From Candidatus Saccharimonadota bacterium (GTDB lineage: Bacteria > Patescibacteriota > Gracilibacteria > UBA1369 > 2-02-FULL-48-14): a stretch of 32,000 bases of DNA. Position numbers and translations under genes: made by a program. Shown here in pieces: positions 21,422-29,726 of the stretch (position 1 is the stretch's first letter; each line of letters begins with the position of its first letter). The stretch covers positions 690,001-722,000 of the forward strand of contig JBAZVE010000001.1 in NCBI GenBank assembly GCA_041661045.1, written 5' to 3'. Below the pieces are notes generated by a model. The model was not told the DNA's origin. It did not search any database and worked only from the letters and a program-made list of their open reading frames with translations.

Positions 21422-21428
21422 TTTCACC

Positions 21429-22067
21429 TTATCTCCGTTTTTTTGTCGTTTTCCCAGGCCAGGGACAGATTTTGTACAAGGGGCAGCTTTCACATTTGGG
21501 CTTACGGGCGGTGCAGGTTTTGCGGCCATGAAAAATCAACTGGAGGTGCAGCTTAGACCAATGTTCTTTGGGCACGACGGCTTTGACCTGGCGCTCGGTT
21601 TTATCCCGATTCTTTCCGGAATCTGCCAAGCCCAGACGGTTGCACACGCGATGAATGTGAGTGTCCACAGGGAAGGCGGGCATGTTGAACCATTGTGCTT
21701 GCACCACTTGAGCTGTTTTTGCGCCCACGCCGGGGAGAGAGGTCAACGCCTCCAGGGTGCTGGGAACTTCTCCCCCAAGCGCCTGAATCGCCCTGGCGCA
21801 GCCCATGATGGCCTTGGTCTTACTGTTGAAATAGCCGCAGGGAAAGATTATTTTTTTCACCGTTTCTTCTCCCATTGCCAAAATATCCTCCGGAGTGCAG
21901 CCGTGATCTTTTGGAAAGAGCAGCGGGGTGATGAGGTTCACCCGTTCATCCGTGCACTGTGCCGATAAAATCACGGAGATCAGCAATTCAAAAGCATTGC
22001 GATGCTCGAGGGGAGCCTCCGGGTTTGGGAATTCTTGATCGAGTATTTTGAGCAGCGTCTCAATCAT
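21429..22067 (-). CDS. nth: endonuclease III (DNA-(apurinic or apyrimidinic site) lyase)
   Basis: 212 aa. It has the HhH-GPD motif LPGVGAKTAQVV, VDTHIHRV, and a C-terminal 4Fe-4S cluster CTARKPKCESCPLYKIC. Confidence 0.9.
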   Translation of the reverse strand: MIETLLKILDQEFPNPEAPLEHRNAFELLISVILSAQCTDERVNLITPLLFPKDHGCTPEDILAMGEETVKKIIFPCGYFNSKTKAIMGCARAIQALGGEVPSTLEALTSLPGVGAKTAQVVQAQWFNMPAFPVDTHIHRVCNRLGLADSGKNRDKTERQVKAVVPKEHWSKLHLQLIFHGRKTCTARKPKCESCPLYKICPWPGKTTKKRR

Positions 22068-22446
22068 CCGTCATGGAAGAAGTTTTGGAGTTTTGGGCAA
22101 AACCGCTTTCTTCGAGGTAGGAAAGATCTTGATCTTCGGTCACTTCCATTTCTTGCAAAATCTCGCTTTCTTCCAAATGGATGAAGGATTGCGCCTCCAC
22201 TACGCTTCGGTCGAGTTTTCGGAGGTCTGATTGAAGAGATTCGTAGTCGATTTGCAGTTGCTTCAACTCGTAGCCTTTTGCGGGTCCGCGGCTGTTCATG
22301 TAGAGATAAGTTCCGGTGCTGCTGATGGCCAAAAAGAGCAGCGTCCCAATGAGGATTTGATAAGTGCTTCGGACTTCAAGGGAAAGGGGCTTGCGGCTTC
22401 TTCTCCACTTGAAAGGGCGAACGGCGTGGGTGAGTGGATCCATCAT
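22060..22446 (-). CDS. hypothetical single-TM protein (FtsL-like topology, speculative)
   Basis: 128 aa with one TM helix followed by a coiled segment. It overlaps nth by 8 nt. Confidence 0.5.
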   Translation of the reverse strand: MMDPLTHAVRPFKWRRSRKPLSLEVRSTYQILIGTLLFLAISSTGTYLYMNSRGPAKGYELKQLQIDYESLQSDLRKLDRSVVEAQSFIHLEESEILQEMEVTEDQDLSYLEESGFAQNSKTSSMTDD

Positions 22447-22462
22447 GGCTTTTACTTTACCA

Positions 22463-23356
22463 TTACTGATTTAAGACTTCCAGTCGAGTGTTCAGTAAGC
22501 CTGTGGAGAGGGCTCCAATCTGTTCAAAAGCGGCTGGGGTGAGGTCGATGATATAGCCCTCGGTATAGGGGCCACGGTCGACCACTTCCACCACCACGGT
22601 GATTTGGGTGTCCAGATTGGTGACGCGAACTAAAGTTCCGAAAGGAAGGGTTTTGTGGGCGGCCATGAAGCCGTAGGCCTCGAGGGCTGTGCCGGAAGCG
22701 GTGTTGTGCCCATCGAAACTGTAGCCGTAGTACGAGGCGATTCCATATTCCACTTGGCTGGTGAAGGGCTGTTTTTTAAAACGATAAATCAAATCGGCGA
22801 GTTCCCCACGGGTGAGGGGACTGCCGGGGAGGTAATCCCCGGTGTCATCGGGGACAATAAGGGCGTGATCAATTCCGTATTGGAGGTAGGCGGTGTACCA
22901 GGCATCGTTTGCGACGCCGGGGAGTTCACTTTGGAGTCCCGTGGCCAAAATCAACATTTTAAGCGCTTCGGCTCGGTTCACGGTGTCCAGAGGTTTAAGG
23001 GATCCATCTTCATGGCCGCTTACAATGTCCAGCTCGGCTGCAGTATTCACATAATTTATATACCAAGCGTCCACTTCAATGTCCGGGAAGCTGGCGACCT
23101 CTGTCCACTCCAGGGGCACTTCACTCACCTCCAGAATCATCTTTAAAGCCTCCACTCGATTCACCGGGTTCATGGGGCCAAAAGATCCATCTTCGTATCC
23201 CGTGAGAAAGCCCGCTTGAGTTCCGTAATAAACCCCGTCGTAATAGGCATGGTGATCCGGAACATCCGTGTACCAACTGCTTAAAGCTCCGGAGGTGACG
23301 CCGGGTGCCAGGAGGAGAGAAGCGAGGATGGGACCTAAAAAGGTGATGGACCTCAC
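22463..23356 (-). CDS. SLH-repeat protein with C-terminal RlpA-like double-psi beta-barrel domain
   Basis: 297 aa with a signal peptide and three SLH-like repeats (GYEDGSFGPMNPVNRVEALKMIL etc.). The C-terminal GIASYYG..GHNTASG...AAHKTLPFGTLVRVTN.....VVDRGP is the RlpA/DPBB pattern. Confidence 0.8.
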   Translation of the reverse strand: MRSITFLGPILASLLLAPGVTSGALSSWYTDVPDHHAYYDGVYYGTQAGFLTGYEDGSFGPMNPVNRVEALKMILEVSEVPLEWTEVASFPDIEVDAWYINYVNTAAELDIVSGHEDGSLKPLDTVNRAEALKMLILATGLQSELPGVANDAWYTAYLQYGIDHALIVPDDTGDYLPGSPLTRGELADLIYRFKKQPFTSQVEYGIASYYGYSFDGHNTASGTALEAYGFMAAHKTLPFGTLVRVTNLDTQITVVVEVVDRGPYTEGYIIDLTPAAFEQIGALSTGLLNTRLEVLNQ

Positions 23357-23808
23357 TGTTTATACTTAATCACGACTTGTCGGTAGTTGCCTTCGCCGAT
23401 GCTTTCGGTGACTAAATTGTCGTAGCCTTTGGTCTTGATCATCATGTGAACGAGACGGCGGAAATAAGGAGACATGGGGGGAAGAGCGGCTTGGATTTTG
23501 CTGCTTTCCACTTCTTTCATTTTTTGTTCGGCGATGGTGAGTACATTTTCTTCTTGGCGCTTGCGATAGTTGTCTACATCAAAGGAGATGGTGATGTCTT
23601 CTCCCAACTGTTTGTGGAACATAACGGTGAGAATTTTTTGCATGGCCAAAAGGTTTTCACCATGGTGGCCGATCAAAAGGCTGGGTTCTTCCGAAACGGA
23701 ATTCACACGGAAGTTTTTCGGTTCGGTCTCCTCAATCTCAATATCGGTGAAATCGATGCCTAATTTTACGAGGAACTCCGATACGAGCTTTTTGATTTGC
23801 TTTTCCAT
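23353..23808 (-). CDS. jag: Jag/KhpB-type R3H RNA-binding protein
   Basis: 151 aa. It has a KH-like segment LLIGHHGENLLAMQ and a C-terminal R3H (PPMSPYFRRLVHMMI...ESIGEG). It sits in the conserved position after yidC. Confidence 0.8.
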   Translation of the reverse strand: MEKQIKKLVSEFLVKLGIDFTDIEIEETEPKNFRVNSVSEEPSLLIGHHGENLLAMQKILTVMFHKQLGEDITISFDVDNYRKRQEENVLTIAEQKMKEVESSKIQAALPPMSPYFRRLVHMMIKTKGYDNLVTESIGEGNYRQVVIKYKQ

Positions 23809-23831
23809 AATAACGAATGGTTTAGGGTAAT

Positions 23832-25091
23832 CTAATGTTTGCGGTCGATCACTCGTACTTGAACGGAATCTTCAGGGGACTCTTTTTTTGGGCCCTCTTT
23901 ATTTACCACAAGTTGTTGGAGTATGCCATAGAAAGTTGAAGTTCCCCAGTATAGACCCACGGCTGCGGGGAGCTGGGCGGTGAACACCGCGATCATGGCG
24001 GGCATCAAATATTTCATCATTTTGTTGGCCATTTCCATCTCATTGGGCTTGGCATCCCCCGCTTTTTCGTCCTTTTTCTTTTCATCTTTCTTCTTCTTTT
24101 GTTTGGCCTGCATCAATTGCATCTGTAAAAATTGCAATCCCCCCACAATGATGGGCAAGACGATGACGCTTTTGGTGAGCAGATCAAAACCAAAGAAAGA
24201 GGAGTTGATTTCGTGAAGAGAAAAGGCCGGAAGAAAATCGTAAATCAGAGTGATCCGATCTGGAGAAAGCCCTCCGTTGATCACATAAAACAGAGCAATA
24301 AGGATTGGAAATTGGATGAGCATGGGCAAACAACTCGACAGAGGATTTGTTTTGCTGCTTTTCCAGAGCAACATGGTTTCTTGCGCCAGTCGGGTTTGGT
24401 CATTGGCGTACTTTTTCTTCAGTTCTTCCAATTTAGGTTGGAGCTCTTGCATGCGTTTTTGCGCCTTCATTGCCTTTTGAGAGGGGACCAAAAGAATGGT
24501 TCGAATCACCAAAGTGAGCAAAATAATGGCCAAGCCCAGGTGATGTCCGGGCATATAAATAAGGATGCCCACCAAAACATTGAGCAACGGTTGATAAATG
24601 AGAGTGCGCCACAATTTGGTGAGTACGCTGGGATTGTGGATTTCGAATTCCGGAGAACTGAACTCATTCCATTCCAATTTGTATCGGCCCAGCTCTCCAA
24701 AATAGGAATAACTGTAATTCAAGAGGCTGATGGTGGTCTTTTTCCCGGGTTCAATGATTTGATCTTTGTTCGTGGTGCATTCGGGCAGGTTTTGGCTGCT
24801 CACTTCTGTAAAGGCTTCATCCGCATAACGCAAAACTTTAAAAGGAGGGTGGAGAAAATCGACCTCCGCTCCGGAATCCACACATTCGTAGGTCAGCGTT
24901 ATGGGCTCCGTACTGTTGTTTTGGAGCACCACTTTGACCTCTTTTCCTATCGCATATTCATTTTTTTGAGTTTTGAAAGCAAGATCACCGCTTTCCAGAG
25001 AAGTGTCGCTTTTCCCTCCTTGGAAGGCCTGCATAATCAAAATAGTGGCCAAAAAGACCAATAGGTAAGGGAAAATATTGAATTTTTTCAT
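23832..25091 (-). CDS. yidC: membrane protein insertase YidC
   Basis: 419 aa. It has the YidC/Oxa1 core (LAIILLTLVIRTILLVPSQKAMKAQKRMQELQPKLEELKKKY..., NPLSSCLPMLIQFPILIALF) and lies in synteny with rnpA. Confidence 0.9.
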   Translation of the reverse strand: MKKFNIFPYLLVFLATILIMQAFQGGKSDTSLESGDLAFKTQKNEYAIGKEVKVVLQNNSTEPITLTYECVDSGAEVDFLHPPFKVLRYADEAFTEVSSQNLPECTTNKDQIIEPGKKTTISLLNYSYSYFGELGRYKLEWNEFSSPEFEIHNPSVLTKLWRTLIYQPLLNVLVGILIYMPGHHLGLAIILLTLVIRTILLVPSQKAMKAQKRMQELQPKLEELKKKYANDQTRLAQETMLLWKSSKTNPLSSCLPMLIQFPILIALFYVINGGLSPDRITLIYDFLPAFSLHEINSSFFGFDLLTKSVIVLPIIVGGLQFLQMQLMQAKQKKKKDEKKKDEKAGDAKPNEMEMANKMMKYLMPAMIAVFTAQLPAAVGLYWGTSTFYGILQQLVVNKEGPKKESPEDSVQVRVIDRKH

Positions 25092-25426
25092 GGCTTGAGG
25101 ATGTTTTTTAAACTGGATTGCAGCTCGTCAAAGGAGGCTTTGACCACCGGTCTTCGAGCTAGAAGCACTATATCAAAAGAATTTGTCTTTGGCACGAGAT
25201 CTTCTTTTTCCAAGAGGCGAACGATCTCATAGATCTGTCGGCGTTTTCGGTTTCGCTTCACTGCGGATTTCTCGAGTTTCTTCCCCACAAGCACGGCATA
25301 ATGATTTTCTCCAAGGCCATTCTCCTTCTTAAATACCACAAAAAAAGGGGTAGCTATGGACTTTTCATCCTTTAAAATAGCTCCCACCGCCGTCTTACCA
25401 TGAATTCGTTTACTTCGTTTTATCAC
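25088..25426 (-). CDS. rnpA: ribonuclease P protein component
   Basis: 112 aa, basic, with the RNR-like motif [12 protein letters not shown]. It lies between rpmH and yidC. Confidence 0.85.
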   Translation of the reverse strand: MIKRSKRIHGKTAVGAILKDEKSIATPFFVVFKKENGLGENHYAVLVGKKLEKSAVKRNRKRRQIYEIVRLLEKEDLVPKTNSFDIVLLARRPVVKASFDELQSSLKNILKP

Positions 25427-25562
25427 GACGAACAGATACCGTAAGCTGATGGCGGCCCTTAGCGCGGCGGCGGTTCAGCACCGCTTGTCCACTTTTTGTA
25501 GACATTCGCTTGAGGAAGCCATGGGTTCGAGCTCGTTTCCGTCTTTTAAGTTTTCCTAACAT
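25410..25562 (-). CDS. rpmH: 50S ribosomal protein L34
   Basis: Not in the ORF track (50 aa). Minus-strand translation [50 protein letters not shown] carries the L34 signature (RTHGF..RM.T..G..VL.RRRAKGR..LTV). It overlaps the rnpA start by 17 nt. Confidence 0.85.
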   Translation of the reverse strand: MLGKLKRRKRARTHGFLKRMSTKSGQAVLNRRRAKGRHQLTVSVRRDKTK

Positions 25563-25732
25563 GGTTGTGTTGGTGCCGCTTACGCGGCGTTATTGCCTAG
25601 CAAGCCTTTTGGGCTCGCTTGGTAGTGCGGTGATTTTATTCAGGCTTCTCACGAAAGTCAAGGGTATTGGAGAGAGGATTGCTAAAAGCCAAAATCTTTT
25701 GTACAGTGGGTTCATCTGGATACCGTTTATCT

Positions 25733-27703
25733 ATGTTTCTACAACTTCAACAAGAATCCCTGATTTTGGGCCGTAAACCTCAGGGTTTTACCGAGCACTT
25801 CTATACGGAGTGGGACGACGGCATTGGAAAGGAGAAAATCTCCCTCTTCTTACTCATCTCTATTCACAGCACTCAGGTTCCCGGGCCCGAAGTGGCCAAA
25901 GAAGCCTTTCAACTCTTGCAAGACCACTTCTTGGATGACCTTTCGGGAGATCCTTATGATCGTTTTGAGAGTGCGCTGCGGGAAATCAACAGGATGGTGA
26001 ATGAGAAAGAGAAGGAATTAGACCTCAAATTTGTGCCCAATGTGAATGTGATTATTGGAGTGATTCAAAAGGACATGGTCTTTTTGTCTCAACGAGGGGA
26101 GGCGCAAGGCTATTTGCTTCGCAAACGACATGTGAGTTCGATCACCGAGGGGCTTTATGATGAGAAGAATAAAGAAGAGCTTTTCCAAAATATTGCGAGT
26201 GGAGGGATGGAAGTGGGGGACTCTTTGATGTTCGTTACAGGTCCGCTCATTCAGTTTGTGACGCCAAATGATCTGTCTAAGATCTTTTCCGAGCAAGCTT
26301 TGCCGGATGCCATGAAAGAGCTGGAGGATCTTTTGCAGGGGGATATGGAGGATCAAATGATGCTGTTGGCTTTCGAGGTTTTGGAGAAAACAGAGTCTCT
26401 TTCGGAAGCTCCCGTGGTGAGGGACCATAAGAGGGAAGAAGAAATTGAGGATGAAGATGAGCGGCCGGTGCCTTCGGCGCTCCATGCGGATGAGGATCGA
26501 CCTCGTGTGGGGCGCTTGAACAAGGGGATTGAAGAACTTCGTAAATTTGCGGCTCGTAAAGAAACTTGGGCCTTTTTGGACACGGTTCGATCTTGGGAAA
26601 AGAAAAAACTCTTATTTGCACTGGGAACGGTGGGTGCCGTTCTTCTGATTGGACTGTTCCTCATGACCTCGGTGCTTGGGAAACAAAGGAAAATTCAGGA
26701 GATGGAGGACAATCTGGCTTTGGCTCAAGAAAACATCACTCAAGCTCAAACGCAGGGTGCTTTTGATAAAGCGGCGGCGAATGAACTTTTGGATCAGGCG
26801 GAGGCTTTGGCGATCACCGTGCTCGACTCCGGGTTTTCGGGTGGAGAAGCCAGCCAAATCTTGGATGAAGTGGAGGATCAGAGGAATGCTTTGGACAATG
26901 TTCAAGTGGTGGATAAAGACAGCATTCGTTTGCTCGCGGATCTGAGTGATTCTTTGGCGGGAGCCTCCTTGATTGGAGTGGATGTTTATGGCGACCGCAT
27001 CGTGGCGTACACGGCTCAAAATGCATATCAAATTCTTTTGGATCAAGTTGAATCTCCCGACTTGCTGGATGCCAATGATAAGGTTCTTGCTGGAGAGTTT
27101 TTTGAAGACTATGACACGGTGGTGATGGTGACAGCGGGAGGAAATCTTATTGAATACACCAATGGCAACGCGCAATTTGCCGATACCGCGGATGTGGACT
27201 GGCATACGGGCGTGGATATTGCGACTTACTCCAACAAAGTTTATGTTTTGGATCCGATTTCCAATCAAATTTGGCGATACCAACGGGGAACCGATGGTTA
27301 CGGAGGAGCTCAGCCCTACTTTTCTGATGAAATCGATCTGACGGATGCGGTTTCCTTGGCGGTGGACGGCAGCATTTGGTTGCTCAATCAGGATGGCGGT
27401 TTGCTCAAATATCTGAGCGGTAGTCTCGTTGAATTTGAGATCAAAAAAGCGCCTCTCACTTCCATGGAAGGGGCCAGCCAAGTGTATACGGATCTTGAAA
27501 TCAATCAGCTCTACATTTTGGATCCTTCCGATGATCGACTGTTTATCTTTGATAAGAGCGCCAAGAATGCGGATCTCACTTATAACGCTCAATATGTCTT
27601 TGAAGATTTGAAAGGTACGCTCGTTGACTTTTTCATCGATAAAGATCGCAATGTGATTGTGCTCACCACTACGCAAGCTTTGTATGAACTGAGTTTTGAA
27701 TAG
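25733..27703 (+). CDS. large hypothetical membrane protein (cytoplasmic N-domain, one TM, repeat-rich C-domain)
   Basis: The track ORF starts at 25667; the ATG at 25733 (MFLQLQQESL) is preferred. There is a central TM helix LLFALGTVGAVLLIGLFLMTSVL. The C-terminal half has repeated beta-strand-like segments (VYVLDP..NQIWRY, LYILDPSDDRLFIF) suggesting a propeller. Confidence 0.7.
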   Translation: MFLQLQQESLILGRKPQGFTEHFYTEWDDGIGKEKISLFLLISIHSTQVPGPEVAKEAFQLLQDHFLDDLSGDPYDRFESALREINRMVNEKEKELDLKFVPNVNVIIGVIQKDMVFLSQRGEAQGYLLRKRHVSSITEGLYDEKNKEELFQNIASGGMEVGDSLMFVTGPLIQFVTPNDLSKIFSEQALPDAMKELEDLLQGDMEDQMMLLAFEVLEKTESLSEAPVVRDHKREEEIEDEDERPVPSALHADEDRPRVGRLNKGIEELRKFAARKETWAFLDTVRSWEKKKLLFALGTVGAVLLIGLFLMTSVLGKQRKIQEMEDNLALAQENITQAQTQGAFDKAAANELLDQAEALAITVLDSGFSGGEASQILDEVEDQRNALDNVQVVDKDSIRLLADLSDSLAGASLIGVDVYGDRIVAYTAQNAYQILLDQVESPDLLDANDKVLAGEFFEDYDTVVMVTAGGNLIEYTNGNAQFADTADVDWHTGVDIATYSNKVYVLDPISNQIWRYQRGTDGYGGAQPYFSDEIDLTDAVSLAVDGSIWLLNQDGGLLKYLSGSLVEFEIKKAPLTSMEGASQVYTDLEINQLYILDPSDDRLFIFDKSAKNADLTYNAQYVFEDLKGTLVDFFIDKDRNVIVLTTTQALYELSFE

Positions 27704-27776
27704 ACTATCAGAAATAGAAGACTCCTTTGGGAGCGCTCCGGGCCGCTAGGCCAAGTCTTACTCCCTCACGATCCTC

Positions 27777-28943
27777 TTATTTTCCTCCACTACTCTTTAT
27801 GAGTTGGGCCATAAACTTTTCTTCTTGGCTGGGCAGGACCAGAACTTTAATGCTGGATTTTGTTTTTGAAATGCAGACTGCGTTTTTCTTGTTCGCAGCT
27901 TCGTCCAGCTCCAGGCCAAAGGGTTTTAAATAATCGCAAATTTGGCGGCGGAGGTAGAAGGCGTTTTCACCAATTCCGGCGGTAAAGACAATGGCATCGG
28001 GAAGGCCGCCCAGCGGTATGAAATAACTGCCGATGAGTTTGGCCACTTGATAACTGAAGACTTCAAAGGTGCGGAGGGTTCCGGGTGCCTTGGGTTTTGC
28101 CCACAGGCTACGGATATCGGAGCCGATGCCCGAAAGACCCTTGAATCCGGATTCATGCTCCAAAAGATGATGCACGGCCTCCGGTTTTTGTTTCTTTTGG
28201 AGATGAAAAATGATGGCGGGATCAATGCTGCCGGAGCGAGTGCCCATCATGGGGCCTTCCAGTGGGGTGAAACCCATGGAAGTGTCTATGGATTTCCCGT
28301 TTTTAATGGCGCAGAGGCTCACCCCATTGCCAATGTGGCAGGTGATGAGCGAGGGCGACTTTTTTTTGAGGTGTTTGGAGGCCGCTTCCGCTGCTCCGGC
28401 GTGGCTGGTTCCATGGAAACCATAACGACGAATCCCTTCTTTTTTGTACAGTGCATAGGGAAGTCCATAAAGAAAAGCCTTTGCCGGAAGACTGTGATGA
28501 AAAGCGGTGTCGAAGACGGCAAAATGTTTGGCTGAGGGGATTTTTTTGAGACAAGCTTTGAGAGTGCTGAGATTGGACGGGTTGTGTAAAGGGGCCAGAG
28601 CATTGAGTCCCGCAAGTTTTTTTAAAACCAAAAAGTTGATGCGTGTCGGTTTTTTAAAGGCTTCTCCGCCGTGCACCACGCGGTGGGCTACTTTTTTGAT
28701 TTCCTTTAAATTTTTTACGATTCCATCATCTTGTAAACGGCCCAAGCCGTAACTCAAGGCTTCTTCGTGGTTTTTTATTTTTGTGGGGACGGTCTCTTCC
28801 GGGCCATCTTTAAAAGACCTCCTAAAATGACAGTGTTTTTGTCCAATGGCATCGATATGACCCTTGTAGACTTGATCCAACTCTTCATCAAAGAGCGCAA
28901 AACGGAGGGAAGAAGAACCGGCATTGAGAACGAGAATTGCCAT
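27777..28943 (-). CDS. ackA: acetate kinase
   Basis: The track ORF is trimmed to MAILVLNAGSSSLRFALF. It has RVVHGG, GFHGTSH and TCHIGNGVS, all typical AckA motifs. Confidence 0.9.
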   Translation of the reverse strand: MAILVLNAGSSSLRFALFDEELDQVYKGHIDAIGQKHCHFRRSFKDGPEETVPTKIKNHEEALSYGLGRLQDDGIVKNLKEIKKVAHRVVHGGEAFKKPTRINFLVLKKLAGLNALAPLHNPSNLSTLKACLKKIPSAKHFAVFDTAFHHSLPAKAFLYGLPYALYKKEGIRRYGFHGTSHAGAAEAASKHLKKKSPSLITCHIGNGVSLCAIKNGKSIDTSMGFTPLEGPMMGTRSGSIDPAIIFHLQKKQKPEAVHHLLEHESGFKGLSGIGSDIRSLWAKPKAPGTLRTFEVFSYQVAKLIGSYFIPLGGLPDAIVFTAGIGENAFYLRRQICDYLKPFGLELDEAANKKNAVCISKTKSSIKVLVLPSQEEKFMAQLIKSSGGK

Positions 28944-29039
28944 GGCGTAAGCAAACTTTAACACATAAAAAATGTGATGGGAATGGTCTTGATCCACCGG
29001 TAAAAGTGGGGTAAGATAATGGGGTAATAAACTTACCCC

Positions 29040-29288
29040 ATGCATTCACATAAACGATTGAATCGAGAGAAAGTGAATTTCATGCTTGACCGAAAGCTGG
29101 TCTTAGAAATGAAACAGTATGTTCCTGAAGGGGAGCGGAGTAATTTTGCAAATGAAGCTTTTGAGGAGGCACTGAGCCTTCTTAAAAGGCGAAAAGCCAT
29201 GGAAATGATTGATGAATTGAGAGCCAAAAATACCCTGCGACTCACGACAGAAGAGATCATTGAAGCAAAAAATTATGGAAGAAAATAA
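29040..29288 (+). CDS. ribbon-helix-helix type antitoxin (VapB-like)
   Basis: 82 aa. KVNFMLDRKLVLEMKQYVPEGERSNFANEAFEEAL has an RHH-like pattern. It overlaps the downstream PIN gene by 14 nt. Confidence 0.6.
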   Translation: MHSHKRLNREKVNFMLDRKLVLEMKQYVPEGERSNFANEAFEEALSLLKRRKAMEMIDELRAKNTLRLTTEEIIEAKNYGRK

Positions 29289-29700
29289 GTTTATTGTTGT
29301 GGACGCTTCTTTGGTTCTTAAATGGTTTTCTCCAGAAGAAGAGGATTTGGAACAGGCCTTAAAACTATATTACCGGCATGGGGAGGGGCAATTTCGTATT
29401 TTGGTTCCGGAGCACTTTTTTGTTGAGGTCTCCAATGTGTTTGCTCAGAAATTTTTAGACTCTGCCGAAAGCCATTTTTCAAAAATTAAAATGCTTGGAT
29501 TCGTTGGATGTTTCATTGATATTTCCATCGCCTCGGTGGCCTTTGGACTCAAAAGAAAATATCCTAAAATATCTTTTTATGATGCTGCCTACCATGCTTT
29601 GGCGCTTACAAAAGGAGTCCCTTTTATTACGGCAGATAAAAGTTACTATGAAATGGTTAAAAATGAGGGAAACATTGTTCTTCTTAAGGACTATCGTTAG
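29275..29700 (+). CDS. vapC: PIN-domain toxin (VapC-like)
   Basis: FIVVDASLVLKWF carries the first acidic residue, followed by YDAAYHALAL and FITADKSY, the typical PIN layout. The preferred start is MEENK at 29275 (the track starts at 29260). Confidence 0.75.
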   Translation: MEENKFIVVDASLVLKWFSPEEEDLEQALKLYYRHGEGQFRILVPEHFFVEVSNVFAQKFLDSAESHFSKIKMLGFVGCFIDISIASVAFGLKRKYPKISFYDAAYHALALTKGVPFITADKSYYEMVKNEGNIVLLKDYR

Positions 29701-29726
29701 AATGACCTTGTCTCTTAAGTCTCGCC

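Noticed and set aside
25563-25732. oriC with DnaA boxes upstream of rpmH.
   Set aside because: No 8/9 or 9/9 match to TTATCCACA was seen by eye on either strand. There is no AT-rich unwinding element and dnaA is not adjacent.
26612-27676. Long antisense ORFs in the track: 26612-27676, 31215-31967, 24132-25064, 15133-15663, 17878-18399, 22655-23146, 27942-28535, 21528-21968, 16236-16667, 30601-31119, 30713-31135.
   Set aside because: They are shadow frames opposite or offset to genes with clear family signatures (large membrane protein, phosphoketolase, yidC, intI/comEC, RlpA-like, ackA, nth). Their translations are low-complexity and rich in R/H/P/S.
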